Origin: an uncultured Kiritimatiellota bacterium
GTDB taxonomy: Bacteria > Verrucomicrobiota > Kiritimatiellia > RFP12 > DVOR01
Direction of reading: 5' to 3'
DNA: 64,000 nt
Assembly: GCA_944389945.1 (NCBI GenBank)
Contig: CALXOF010000010.1
Location: 3,219 to 67,218, forward strand
The position numbers and the translations under genes were made by a program. The notes under the pieces were generated by a model. It saw nothing but the letters and a program-made list of their open reading frames with translations. It did not search any database and had not been told where the DNA came from. Shown here in pieces: positions 35,436 through 47,133 of the stretch. Within the stretch, counting starts at the first letter, position 1, and the number at the start of each line of letters is the position of its first letter.

Positions 35436-38400
35436 TCCCCAAACAAGGCTTTCAATCCACCACGAATGGCCTCACGTTGGGCCTCTTTCTTGGCTTCTTT
35501 CTTCTGTTCCTTGGCGGTTTTCGGCTTGGCGGCCTTGGCGGCGGCTTTCGCCTCCTTTTCCTTCTGCTTCTCTTCCAAGAGCGTACCGCCATAATTCAAT
35601 GCGGCACCCAGAACACCAGCGTCTTCCGCTTCCGTAGCCTCGGGGTCCTCGCCCTGGACTTCTTCTTTAGCCTCGCCCTCAGCGTCCTCTTCGTCCGAGC
35701 CGAAAAGTCCACCAATGACGGAAGTGGCGGCCTTATCGATGAGTTCAGCCTCAGCAGCCTTCTTAGCATCGCCGGTTGCCTCTGCCTTGGCGCGCTTCTT
35801 GTCGAGATGCTGCTGCAGGCGAGAAACACCCACAGAAACACCGGTCTCGGCGGCAGAGTCCACCAGCTCCCCAACCTCAATGTGGGGGTCATTGATGGTG
35901 CCGGTGATGGGCAAAGAGACGGGCTTGAGCGTGGAGGTATCGGCGACCTTGTCGCCCAACACACCGTCAAGCGGGACGGAAAGCGTGTAATCAATCTCAC
36001 GGGTAGAAAGGTCGGTTCGGCCCAGACAGGCGACCGTCCACTCGTCATTGAGGTCCACCTCAATCGGCTTGTCCGTGGAGAGTACGCCGTTCTTTACCTC
36101 GACCTCTAGCTCCTGCGGCTTCATCGAAACCGCATCGGTACTCTTCCCTGTCGCCTCAAGCACACGCCCGAGGACACCATTGGGTTGCAAGGTGATTTCG
36201 CTTGTGGAAAGCGCAACATCGAGATCCAGCGAACGCAACGGATCCCCCTTGCCGAGCTCTAGCCGCATCCGGCGGCTCTGGACGTTAATGGAGCCAGACG
36301 TCTCCGCAGACCCCTTGAGGATCGGGCTGACCAAACCCAGACCGGCATCCATCAGTTCAGGCGTCACGTTGAAGTCCTTGAGCAGATAGTCGCCCTCCGG
36401 GATGTACAGCACGTAACCGGAATCGGTGACCTCCAAGCGCGGGGAGAAGCGCACCTCTCCATCGTTCATCGCCACCACCGTGTCAACGGAAGTCTTGCCA
36501 TCCTTCAACACCACCTGCGCCTCACCTTTCGGGATATCAAGCCCAGGGACCATCATCCGGTCAAACGCCACTGCGGCATTGGCACGACCATCGCGCAGGA
36601 TTCCCTCCGCGCCGGATTTGATTGGCAGGACAAACGAGAAGTCCCGCGGAGAGCGGCCTTGCATGGCGATGCCCTGGTCGTTCGCCTTGTCCAAGAAAGG
36701 CAATTCCCAAATCGCGTCAAAGTCCGGAGTCAAAGTGCCATCCATCGCCACAACACCGGAGTCCATGCCGAAGGAACCCTTCGCCGTCAACTCCACGTAG
36801 GGCGACTGCACCGCAACCTGCCGCAAGAGCAAATCCTTCCCTTGCCCATCAACGCGCAAGTCCACATCAAAGGGGACCCCGAAGGGCCGCATCTCGCCCA
36901 AGGTCACCCCCAGATCCTTCGAGTCCACGGCCAAAACCACGCTCGGCACCGTGGCTTCCAGCGCGACTGGACGTGCCGTCAGCGCCAAATTAATCTTACC
37001 CTCCGCGACATTCATCTTCGCAGGGTCGGCCGGGACTAGCCACTCACGCATGGCATGCTCGAGCGACACCCAACCGGAAAGGTCGGCGGTAACAGCCTCG
37101 CCGGTCGACTTGCCCAACACATAGCTCAGCGAGCCTTCCACGTGCGAGGCCGCCGCCGTATCAAACACCAATTCCGTCACGTCCAGGCACTGCTCCGCAA
37201 AACGGAACTTGACGCTCCCAGAAGCCAACGTGGGTTCCTTCAAGCGGTAGTTCGGGCCGGTCACGTCAACATCCGTCACCTGGATATCCGTGGTTGCCGC
37301 AAACACACCGTCGCAAAGATTGCCTCGCAGATTCACCTTCGCCAAGCCATCCTTGATTTGGGGTTGCTCCAGGTTCAGGTAGTCCACCACCGTAAAGAAG
37401 TCGGCAAGCGTCGCGAGCGTCAACTCATTGATTTGCTTCGCCTCGATATCAATGCCCTTCGCCGCCAACGTCGCCGTGACCAGCTCGTCACGATTGGCGA
37501 TGACCTTGATGGGGAAAGTCAGCGCACCATCTTTGGCCTTGCCATCCATCGTCAGCAGCACAGGGCCGGGCGTGGAAATCTCCCCGATGAAGGGGGCCAG
37601 CGCATCCAACACTTCCTGGCTCTCCACCCGCGCAAGCAATGCGCCATCCTCCAGGTCGCCCCGTCCGTTGATGTCCACGCCTGGGAAGTCGACCTTCAAA
37701 CTCCCAATTGCGGTGGCCAACAGATTGGTAGGGTCTACCGTCAGATTATTCAGACTCACCTGCACAGAGGGCAAGGTTTCAGATTGCCCCTCCTGCTCGG
37801 TCACAATCTCCTTCGTCGTCAGGTTAAGCGATGCGACAAGCGCCTCAACATTCCCCGACTGTCCATTCAGATTGGCATTCATCGTCACGGCGCCCTTGGT
37901 AATCGTCGCACCGGAAGGCAACGTCACACCGAAATCCTTCGCCACCTCCATGGCCTTTGCCACGTCGTCAGTCCACAACGCGACCGTCGCGGTTGGCCAA
38001 ACATCCGCTTCCGTCGCCTTAGCATCGAGATCAATGTTCAGCCACGGCGCGTTTGCGTCAAAGGTCGCCGTTCGGAAGAAGTCCGCCGGTTGCTTCGCCG
38101 CCAAAAGCGCGTTCGCCGACACCGTCTCCGCCTTCGTATTGAAAGCCAAGTCCAACACCTTGCCATCCACCACCGCCGTGATGGCATCGTTCAGCGAAGG
38201 CATTGTGACCTCCACGTTCACCCCGGTGACAAGCGGTTCCGGCAAGCCCTCCTTCTTGAAGGAAGCATTCTTCACCACAATATGCGCCTTGACCGCCCAA
38301 TCGGGCAGTTTGAAGGGCTCAGCCTCGGGGGCCGGAGTCTGCGGTTGCGGGGATTGCGGCGGCGCAGGGGGTTGCAGCGGCTCGGGAGGAGACGGCGGAG

Positions 38401-39100
38401 GCGTGAAGAGCGCCACCGCGGGCGAATCCACCTCCACATCCACCGTCATCTGACCAAGCGGAATCAACTTCCACAGCGAAGAGAGGCGAACGGATTTAAC
38501 CTGTGCATCGACACCCTTCGTCTCATCACGATAATGGATGCCCTCCACAGATTGCTCCGTGAACCACCCAAAGCTCCAGTCCTCAACCTCCAGCTTGGCC
38601 GGCGCAATGGTATCATTCACAATGTTCAACGCTATGTTCCGCGTCACGCCGAACGACAACAACGTCGGCAACAAGAGAATCAGAACAACGAGAACGGCGC
38701 ACGTCCACCCTAACCACTTCAGCAAACGCTTCCACCAAGGCTTCTTTTGCCCCTTGTCGGCATCCCCTTTTGTTTCGGCGTCAGGCTTCGCGGACGACTC
38801 CTCTGCCGCTACAACGGCCTTATCAGCCGCATCAGTTGACTCCGCCTCTGGCTTTTCCTCTGACGACGCGTCAATCTTTTCCACGTCCTTGACAGGTTGC
38901 TCCACAGAAGCATCCTTCTCCGACGAGGTGACCGTCTCCTCTGCGGCTTTATCCTGCCCGGCATCCATCTCACGCTTCTCCGCAGGGACGGTGGACACGG
39001 ACTCCTGAACACCCTGCTGGGCATCTACCACCTTCGGCTCCTCCGACTTTTCCACCGGCTGCTTAGGCTCTTCCTGTTTACCTGCGTTCATCTCGTCCAT
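35432..39100 (-). CDS. Very large AsmA/TamB-like envelope protein with acidic N-terminal and K/E-rich C-terminal low-complexity regions
   Basis: Single N-terminal TM (WTCAVLVVLILLLPTLLSF), followed by about 900 aa of beta-rich repetitive sequence typical of AsmA-like proteins. SD AAGGAG. The family call is based on architecture, not alignment. Confidence 0.6.
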   Translation of the reverse strand: MDEMNAGKQEEPKQPVEKSEEPKVVDAQQGVQESVSTVPAEKREMDAGQDKAAEETVTSSEKDASVEQPVKDVEKIDASSEEKPEAESTDAADKAVVAAEESSAKPDAETKGDADKGQKKPWWKRLLKWLGWTCAVLVVLILLLPTLLSFGVTRNIALNIVNDTIAPAKLEVEDWSFGWFTEQSVEGIHYRDETKGVDAQVKSVRLSSLWKLIPLGQMTVDVEVDSPAVALFTPPPSPPEPLQPPAPPQSPQPQTPAPEAEPFKLPDWAVKAHIVVKNASFKKEGLPEPLVTGVNVEVTMPSLNDAITAVVDGKVLDLAFNTKAETVSANALLAAKQPADFFRTATFDANAPWLNIDLDAKATEADVWPTATVALWTDDVAKAMEVAKDFGVTLPSGATITKGAVTMNANLNGQSGNVEALVASLNLTTKEIVTEQEGQSETLPSVQVSLNNLTVDPTNLLATAIGSLKVDFPGVDINGRGDLEDGALLARVESQEVLDALAPFIGEISTPGPVLLTMDGKAKDGALTFPIKVIANRDELVTATLAAKGIDIEAKQINELTLATLADFFTVVDYLNLEQPQIKDGLAKVNLRGNLCDGVFAATTDIQVTDVDVTGPNYRLKEPTLASGSVKFRFAEQCLDVTELVFDTAAASHVEGSLSYVLGKSTGEAVTADLSGWVSLEHAMREWLVPADPAKMNVAEGKINLALTARPVALEATVPSVVLAVDSKDLGVTLGEMRPFGVPFDVDLRVDGQGKDLLLRQVAVQSPYVELTAKGSFGMDSGVVAMDGTLTPDFDAIWELPFLDKANDQGIAMQGRSPRDFSFVLPIKSGAEGILRDGRANAAVAFDRMMVPGLDIPKGEAQVVLKDGKTSVDTVVAMNDGEVRFSPRLEVTDSGYVLYIPEGDYLLKDFNVTPELMDAGLGLVSPILKGSAETSGSINVQSRRMRLELGKGDPLRSLDLDVALSTSEITLQPNGVLGRVLEATGKSTDAVSMKPQELEVEVKNGVLSTDKPIEVDLNDEWTVACLGRTDLSTREIDYTLSVPLDGVLGDKVADTSTLKPVSLPITGTINDPHIEVGELVDSAAETGVSVGVSRLQQHLDKKRAKAEATGDAKKAAEAELIDKAATSVIGGLFGSDEEDAEGEAKEEVQGEDPEATEAEDAGVLGAALNYGGTLLEEKQKEKEAKAAAKAAKPKTAKEQKKEAKKEAQREAIRGGLKALFGD

Positions 39101-39120
39101 AGCGTGACTCCTTTATCCTT

Positions 39121-39129
39121 ATTATAGCA
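39121..39129 (-). promoter_or_regulatory. Candidate extended -10 promoter (TGcTATAAT) for the AsmA-like...polA chain
   Basis: The minus strand reads AAAGTGCTATAAT 20 nt upstream of the ATG, with SD AAGGAG in between. Confidence 0.45.
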
Positions 39130-39309
39130 CTTTCACCTACCCTCGGCGCCACCCATCAGCGAAGTCCAATTCTGTCCGGGGAAAATAGGGACTTCCAAAG
39201 ACGTAACTGTGGGCACGAAATACCTCGGCTCCATCGTTTGCTCTGCGGCTTCGTCGCCAACCGTTCCCGCCGCCTCATCGGCACCACCCCAGCCCCCTCA
39301 TCTAAGCCT

Positions 39310-39352
39310 CCCCAAAGGGCCCTCCGCGAGACCCTATCGTAGTCCAAGGTCA
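39310..39352. repeat. Palindromic intergenic element, locus D (P1 + one degenerate, truncated P3)
   Basis: CCCCAAAGGGCC ... GAGACCCTATCGTAGTCCAAGGTCA. Compare the canonical GAGACCCTATAGTGGTCCGAGGTCAACC. Confidence 0.65.
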
Positions 39353-39744
39353 GAAGGCACGCGTTCACGCGGAAGGAGGTTGGAAATCCACGTGAAGAGA
39401 CTCACCGAGCAACACGCAAAGCCAATGCCATGGAAGACGCGTGCGACAAGCACCATCCATGGTAGATAGGCAAGCGTGTAGGCCACCCCGGCCAACACCA
39501 TCAGGACTCCCCCGCAGATGGTGAGGCGACGTTTCCCAACGCGGTCAGCCAGGTTCCCGACAAAGAGGCGACTGGCCAACGACACGATGTTCATGAGCCC
39601 GCCCGCGATGCCCATGAAGACCCCGCTCGCCCCCAACTCACCGGCATAACCGGCACTCAACGGCACCACCGCGGTCGGGCCGGTGCCGTAGAAAAAGGTG
39701 GCGGCGAGCAGGAGCCGGAAGTCTCTCCCGCGCGAGCGTCCCAT
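39334..39744 (-). pseudogene. MFS transporter, N-terminal fragment only (about 4 TM segments, 136 codons)
   Basis: The MFS loop motif GNLADRVGKRRL is present. The ORF ends in a TAG supplied by the CTAT core of repeat locus D. Only 233 nt remain before the next gene, so about two thirds of a normal MFS gene is absent. Confidence 0.6.
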
Positions 39745-39745
39745 C

Positions 39746-40387
39746 TTAGGCGTTGCCGATGAAGTTGGTACGCTCCCAAGGTTCGACGGGCGGAGGTGGG
39801 AGTGCGGCCTTCTCACGACACTTCAGCAGATGGGCCATCTCGCGGGCCAGGGTACGCATGGTCTGGAGACCCTCCTTGTCGCGACGAACCTCGTCGGGGG
39901 TCAAGCCGTGGGTGGAGTTCCAATACTGCGAAGAGACGATGGGCATCCGCACAATGGAGAAGTATTTGTTGAGGCGGTCAAAGGTAGCGCTCGCTCCACC
40001 TCGGCGGCAGTTCACCACGCAGGCGGCGGGCTTGCCGGCGAAGGCGTCGGTCGCGCTGTAAAAGGCACGGTCGAGCAACGCACAGAGGGTGCCGGCTGGA
40101 CCGGCGTAGTAGACCGGCGAACCGACGATGAGGGCGTCGCACCGGCGCATGGCCTCTTGGAAGGCACCACAGACGTCGTCCTTGAAGACGCAGCCGTCCT
40201 TGCCGGCCGGCGAGCCGATGCGGCGGCAGGCCCCACAAGCGATGCACCCGCGGATGGGCTTGTTGCCGATTTGGAAGATTTCGCTACCGACGCCCTCGGC
40301 CTCGAGCGTGCGGGCGATTTCGCTAAGCGCGGTGAAGACGCAACCGTTGGGGTGCGGGCTGCCATTGAGAAGCAAGACAGTGCTCAT
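39746..40387 (-). CDS. Flavodoxin-like FMN reductase / iron-sulfur flavoprotein family protein
   Basis: LLLNGSPHPNG...IRGCIACGACRR...ALIVGSPVYYAGP pattern. SD AAGGAG. Confidence 0.75.
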   Translation of the reverse strand: MSTVLLLNGSPHPNGCVFTALSEIARTLEAEGVGSEIFQIGNKPIRGCIACGACRRIGSPAGKDGCVFKDDVCGAFQEAMRRCDALIVGSPVYYAGPAGTLCALLDRAFYSATDAFAGKPAACVVNCRRGGASATFDRLNKYFSIVRMPIVSSQYWNSTHGLTPDEVRRDKEGLQTMRTLAREMAHLLKCREKAALPPPPVEPWERTNFIGNA

Positions 40388-40425
40388 GGTTTCTCTCCTT
40401 TTGGGTTCACACCCAGTGTAACAAA

Positions 40426-41454
40426 TCAGTCAAGGCCCTTGGTGCGGAGCCAGTCGGCGACGAAAGCGGCGACCTCTTCGCTGTTGGTGTCAGCGAAAAG
40501 GAAGTGGGTGTTGCCGCGGATGCCAACCTCCGGCAAGTGAACGAGCGTGACATCGCCACCGTGGCGCTTGGCGCAATCAACAAACTGCCGCCCCTGCTCC
40601 AAGCGCGCCCGCCAACCGTCTCCCGGCCAATCGGTCGCGGAAGGCGCAGGGGCGATACCGTCGCCAAAGAGGACCAGGATGGGCACGCGGCAGAGCGCGG
40701 TGAAGTCCTTGGCCTCAAGCGGGACGGGCTTGATAGGCGTGAAGGGACTGGAGTTGGGAATCGGCACGGGAACCTCGCCCTTGGGGAAGGGGAAGGCGCC
40801 GGGCTCGATGGCCACGATGGCCGCCACCTTGCCGCCGCGTCCCGGGACGGCCCAACCGAAGATGCCGCCCTGCGAATGGGTGAAGAGGACGGCAGGTCCG
40901 ATCTTTTGGGTGAGCGCGACCAGACTGTCCGCCACAAGCGTACCATCGATGGGGCCGGTGTCGGGCGTCATCCAACGCAGGAATTGGTCCATCGCGGCCT
41001 CACCCTCGGGGAAGGCGCCGGCATGGATACGGAAGTTCTCCAACCAAAGTTGGTCATCGGGCACAGTGGCGGGCATCGCGGCCACAGTGGTGCGGCCGGC
41101 GGACCCGCGACGGGGTTGGTCCACCAAATAGACCGGCCACCCCCGCCGCAGGAAAGTGGTGCGCCAGCCTTCACGACCGTCAGGCGTAGTGTCCCAACAC
41201 CGCGAGGTCTGACCAAAGCCGGAAAGGAAGACAAGCGGGATCGCCTTCGCGTCCACGGGAATCTGATAGGAGACGGCGGCATGGTCGCCATGGAGCGTGC
41301 GTCCATCCGTCCGCGTGGGGTGGGCAAAGTCAAACTCGCCCGGCGCCTTCACCACCGTGCCGCCGACGGCGAAGGAGCCCTGCTCGGCAATGCGCAAGCC
41401 ATCGGCGGTGCATCCGGCCAGCGCAAGCGCGGCCAATAGAGGAAGGATACGCAT
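40426..41454 (-). CDS. Alpha/beta hydrolase lipoprotein
   Basis: Lipobox MRILPLLAALALAGC at the chosen start. Nucleophile elbow HSQGG. Confidence 0.7.
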   Translation of the reverse strand: MRILPLLAALALAGCTADGLRIAEQGSFAVGGTVVKAPGEFDFAHPTRTDGRTLHGDHAAVSYQIPVDAKAIPLVFLSGFGQTSRCWDTTPDGREGWRTTFLRRGWPVYLVDQPRRGSAGRTTVAAMPATVPDDQLWLENFRIHAGAFPEGEAAMDQFLRWMTPDTGPIDGTLVADSLVALTQKIGPAVLFTHSQGGIFGWAVPGRGGKVAAIVAIEPGAFPFPKGEVPVPIPNSSPFTPIKPVPLEAKDFTALCRVPILVLFGDGIAPAPSATDWPGDGWRARLEQGRQFVDCAKRHGGDVTLVHLPEVGIRGNTHFLFADTNSEEVAAFVADWLRTKGLD

Positions 41455-41455
41455 C

Positions 41456-42454
41456 TCAGACCTCTCGCTTGGCGCCGATGGAACAATAAAGGGCCTCTTC
41501 GACGGGCTCCAACCAGTCAGTCTTGTTTGTCTCGGGATTGGTCGAGATGGCCAAGTGTTGGAACCACTTGCCGGGAGCCGCGCCATGCCAGTGCTCAACG
41601 CCCGGGGCAATCTCGACGATATCGCCGGGAAGCAGGACACGTCCAGGTCGGGCATACGAGGCACGCTCTTGGTAACGCCCCTCACCGGAGACGCAGATAA
41701 GGAGTTGCCCACCGCTGTGACGGTGCCAATTGTTACGGCAGCCCGGCTCAAAGGTGACGTTGGCGATGGGGCAGTTCAAGGCAGCCATGCCCGTGAGCGG
41801 CGCGACCCAGGAGCGACCCGAGAACCATTTGGCATTGGCGACGTTGGGTTGACCGAGGGGGAACGTACCGCGCGGTACATCGGCAAAAGCCAACGGATCG
41901 GCACCTAGGTCAAGACTCTTGACCCAATCCGCGATCTCCGCCTCCGTGGCGCTACCGCCGGGGAAGGTTCGGGCTGGGAGCAGACGCGCACCGGCGGCCT
42001 CACCGATGGCCCGAACGGTGGACTCGCAACGTTGCATCCCGCCACCGCCATGGGTGAAGAAAGGAACGACCAACTTGCCCTTTAACGACACCGTGCGCAG
42101 GAAGGTCTCCACGGGTGGCGCGATGGTGCCCCACCAGTTCGGCGAACCAATAAAGAGAATATCGAAGGGCGGCACGTCAAATGGTGCCAACGGCACACGT
42201 TCGCCGGCGTGCAATTCATCGCGGGAACGGTCGACGGCAGCCTGATATTCCGCGGGATAGGATTCGGCAGGACGAATCTCCAAGAGATTGCCGCCAATGG
42301 CCCCATGGATAAATCCGGCGACGGCGCGGGTGTTGCCGGACAAGGAGAAGTAGGCCACCAACACGCGTTGTTGCGCAGAAGTAGGTGCCGCGCGAAGCGT
42401 ACCGGCGGCGGCCACCGTCGCCAAAGAGGCGAACAAAAAGTCTCTGCGATTCAT
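41456..42454 (-). CDS. TAT-signal flavodoxin-like domain fused to a cupin domain
   Basis: Twin-arginine signal MNRRDFLFASLATVAAAGTLRA. Flavodoxin-like VLVAYFSLSGNTR. C-terminal cupin NNWHRHSGGQLLICVSGEG...GDIVEIAPGVEHWHGA. ATG at 42454 is preferred over the TTG at 42460. Confidence 0.7.
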   Translation of the reverse strand: MNRRDFLFASLATVAAAGTLRAAPTSAQQRVLVAYFSLSGNTRAVAGFIHGAIGGNLLEIRPAESYPAEYQAAVDRSRDELHAGERVPLAPFDVPPFDILFIGSPNWWGTIAPPVETFLRTVSLKGKLVVPFFTHGGGGMQRCESTVRAIGEAAGARLLPARTFPGGSATEAEIADWVKSLDLGADPLAFADVPRGTFPLGQPNVANAKWFSGRSWVAPLTGMAALNCPIANVTFEPGCRNNWHRHSGGQLLICVSGEGRYQERASYARPGRVLLPGDIVEIAPGVEHWHGAAPGKWFQHLAISTNPETNKTDWLEPVEEALYCSIGAKREV

Positions 42455-42456
42455 AA

Positions 42457-43242
42457 TCAAGGTTCCTTTCGGGTCAATTCATCGATGGCAGCGAGCGCAT
42501 TGAGAGTGCGCGGGTAGCCGATAATAGGGATAAGGGAGAGCGTGGCTTGGATGAGCGTGGCGCGACCGTTGCCCACGGCGAGATTGCCGTTGATATGGCC
42601 GCGTACTTGCGCCTCGCATCCGCCCAGGGCAATCAACATGGAGTAAGTCAGCAGTTCGCGTGCCTGCATGTCCAGTCCGCGGCGGGTGTAGAAGTCACCG
42701 AAACAGTTGGCGGCCAGGTTTCGGCGGACGGGACGGAGGTCTTCCGGGCCACTGGTCAAGGCCTTCCGGAATCCTTCGCCGAAGGTCTCCACCTGAATGG
42801 CGAGGCCGCGGTCGAAACGGGTCTCGGCGGTGACCGTTGCGGCATCCGGGAGCGGGAGGGCCACACCGCGTTCGCGCAGGAACGCATTGGCCTCGCGCAA
42901 ACACTCCGCGACCCGCCCCACCCCAACGTAGGGCACAGCGTGGTAGAGAATTTCCTTCGCCTCGGCGGGCGGCATGCCGCCGTCCAGGGCCTGTTCCAGA
43001 CGCGCACGGAAGGCCGTTGGCGCATTCACGGCGATGAGCGCGGCCAAGGCCACACGGTCACGGGTGCGGGCATCCAAGGCCGGTGTCTGCGCCTCCAGGT
43101 CTTGGCCGAAACGGTCGAGAATGGTGACCAACGCGGGGTCGTCCCGGCCGACGCCAAAAGCCCCCTCCCCGGCCGTGGCGACCAGAGGGAGGGAAAGCGC
43201 GGCCAGAAGGCCGACAAGTGCCATCAAGCGGTGGCTTTTCAT
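42457..43242 (-). CDS. Carboxymuconolactone decarboxylase (AhpD-like) family protein with a signal peptide
   Basis: Signal peptide MKSHRLMALVGLLAALSLPLVATA. CMD-type region LIALGGCEAQVRGHINGNL. Confidence 0.75.
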   Translation of the reverse strand: MKSHRLMALVGLLAALSLPLVATAGEGAFGVGRDDPALVTILDRFGQDLEAQTPALDARTRDRVALAALIAVNAPTAFRARLEQALDGGMPPAEAKEILYHAVPYVGVGRVAECLREANAFLRERGVALPLPDAATVTAETRFDRGLAIQVETFGEGFRKALTSGPEDLRPVRRNLAANCFGDFYTRRGLDMQARELLTYSMLIALGGCEAQVRGHINGNLAVGNGRATLIQATLSLIPIIGYPRTLNALAAIDELTRKEP

Positions 43243-43245
43243 GAC

Positions 43246-44271
43246 TCACTCCTTGGGAAAACCGAGGGCCGTACGCAGGAAATCCTCAATCTCCCCGAAC
43301 GGAATCTTCTCACGGTTATCATAGAGGTCCACGTGCGTGGCGTTCGGGACGACCAACATCCGTTTCGGCTCCTTGGCGCGGGCATAGGCATCATCGCTGA
43401 AGTACTTCGAGTGGGCGTTCGCGCCAACAACGAAGAGGATGGGACGCGGCGAGATGTCCGCGATATGCAGGAAGGGGTCCCAGTTCATGAGCGCCGGCAT
43501 GGAGGTGAGCTTCTGGCCCTTGTAGTTCGGATGCCAGGCGCGCTCACGGTAGTAGGCGTAGAACTCACGCACGGGAAGCGGCGCGTCCTTGGGCAGGACC
43601 TCGGGCGTGCCAAAACGCAACGCGGGGTCGGCGGCATTACACGCGGCCTCTTCCCAACGCAGGTTGGCCCACGTCTCCTGTTGGGCACGGCGCTGGGCCT
43701 CCGTGAGTTTGTCATCGCCACCCTTGTAGGTGGCGCGGCCCATGTCATACATGCTTACGGTGACCATCGCACGCAGACGCGGATCGACCGCCGCCGCGCT
43801 CAGCGAGAAACCGCCGCTGCCGCAGATGCCGACCACGCCGATCTTGGCGCGGTCCACAAAGGGCTGAAGGCCCAGGAAATCCACCGAGGCGGAGAAGTCC
43901 TCGGCATAGACCTCCGGAGAAACCGTCTGACGCGGTGTCCCGCCGCTTTCGCCCGCGAAGGAGAGGTCGAAGGCCAGGGCCACGAACCCACGCGCGGCGA
44001 GTTCCTGCGCGTAGAGGCCGGCGCACTGCTCTTTCACGCCGCCATAGGGGTGGCCGACGATGACGGCGGCGTACTTCTTGTTCGCATCGAAGCCCGGCGG
44101 CAGATAGAGATCGCCGGCGAGCTGAATGTCAAACCGGTTGGGATAACGCACGGAACGGCACACAACGTCGTCCCGCACGGGGAATGTCTTGTCGTTATTC
44201 ATGGCAGTTCCTTTCGCAAAGGCCGGCACAACGCCGACCAACAATGCCAACATCAAAAGCCACGCTTTCAT
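43246..44271 (-). CDS. Secreted alpha/beta hydrolase (dienelactone hydrolase/S15-like)
   Basis: Signal peptide MKAWLLMLALLVGVVPAFA. Nucleophile region GVVGICGSGGFS. Confidence 0.7.
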   Translation of the reverse strand: MKAWLLMLALLVGVVPAFAKGTAMNNDKTFPVRDDVVCRSVRYPNRFDIQLAGDLYLPPGFDANKKYAAVIVGHPYGGVKEQCAGLYAQELAARGFVALAFDLSFAGESGGTPRQTVSPEVYAEDFSASVDFLGLQPFVDRAKIGVVGICGSGGFSLSAAAVDPRLRAMVTVSMYDMGRATYKGGDDKLTEAQRRAQQETWANLRWEEAACNAADPALRFGTPEVLPKDAPLPVREFYAYYRERAWHPNYKGQKLTSMPALMNWDPFLHIADISPRPILFVVGANAHSKYFSDDAYARAKEPKRMLVVPNATHVDLYDNREKIPFGEIEDFLRTALGFPKE

Positions 44272-44282
44272 GGCGCCATCCT

Positions 44283-46147
<1,865 letters not shown>

Positions 46148-46215
46148 GGGGACTCCTTTCTTAAAGAACACCCACAGAATACGCCATTCAGGCGCAAGGA
46201 GGAAGTCTTGATTTG

Positions 46216-47127
46216 TCAGGGGGCGTCAACCTGTGGTTGATACGCCTGGCAGATGGCATCGATACAGGCCTGTACACGCGGCGTGGGCGTGGGCGAGTGA
46301 AGAAGCCCAAAGGGAATCGTGTGTCCCCAGCGCACCGGCAACACCCGCATTAGGGGGTGGACGTCCTGCCATTCCTTGATGGCGACCAACAGTTTGCCGC
46401 CATTTTCACACTGGTTAAAGACCTCTGTCGAGTGAAAGGCGAAGTCCTCCAGGCGAATCTTCGGATGGTGAGCCTCCAAGTCTTCGCGCAGGGCATCCAT
46501 CTCCTGCAAGTAACCGCGCTTGACGATCAGGAGCGTCTCGCCGTAAAGGTCACGCGGCACAAGGGACTTCTTCCCGGCCAGAGGATGGTCCAACGGCACC
46601 GCCACGCAGAGCGGCGTACGGTAAAGCGCCAATCCGGCGCATCCATGCGTTTTGAGTAATCCCTCGTCCACAAATCCGGCCACCATGTCCATGTCGCGCC
46701 CCATGCCGGTGAGGTTGGCGCGCGCATTGGCCGGCGTATTCTCAAACGGCACCAAGGAAAAACGCAGGTTCGGCGCGATTGCGTGCACCTTCGGCCACAA
46801 ATCGATGAGCACCCGCGCCGGCGTCATTGGAGACGTACCGATTCGGATAGTGCCCGCATCGCCCCCCGCCGCACGCGCCCGCGTCACCGCGGCCTGCGCA
46901 TCCTTCTGCAGTTGCCGCACATCCGCCAGAAAACTCTCCCCCGCCGGCGTCAGCGTCAACCCTTGGTGCGACCGTCGGAAGAGCGCCACCCCAACCGCAT
47001 CCTCCAACTGATTGATCTGCTTCATCACCGCCGTGGACGAGACAAAGACCCGCTCCGCGGCCTGTGCGAAGCTCCCCGTCTCCGCCGCCGCAACGAACGT
47101 CTTCAACCTCGGATCCAACTCAAACAT
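46216..47127 (-). CDS. LysR-family transcriptional regulator
   Basis: N-terminal wHTH (SFAQAAERVFVSSTAVMKQINQLE) plus a LysR substrate-binding domain. Confidence 0.85.
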   Translation of the reverse strand: MFELDPRLKTFVAAAETGSFAQAAERVFVSSTAVMKQINQLEDAVGVALFRRSHQGLTLTPAGESFLADVRQLQKDAQAAVTRARAAGGDAGTIRIGTSPMTPARVLIDLWPKVHAIAPNLRFSLVPFENTPANARANLTGMGRDMDMVAGFVDEGLLKTHGCAGLALYRTPLCVAVPLDHPLAGKKSLVPRDLYGETLLIVKRGYLQEMDALREDLEAHHPKIRLEDFAFHSTEVFNQCENGGKLLVAIKEWQDVHPLMRVLPVRWGHTIPFGLLHSPTPTPRVQACIDAICQAYQPQVDAP

Positions 47128-47133
47128 GTCTCC

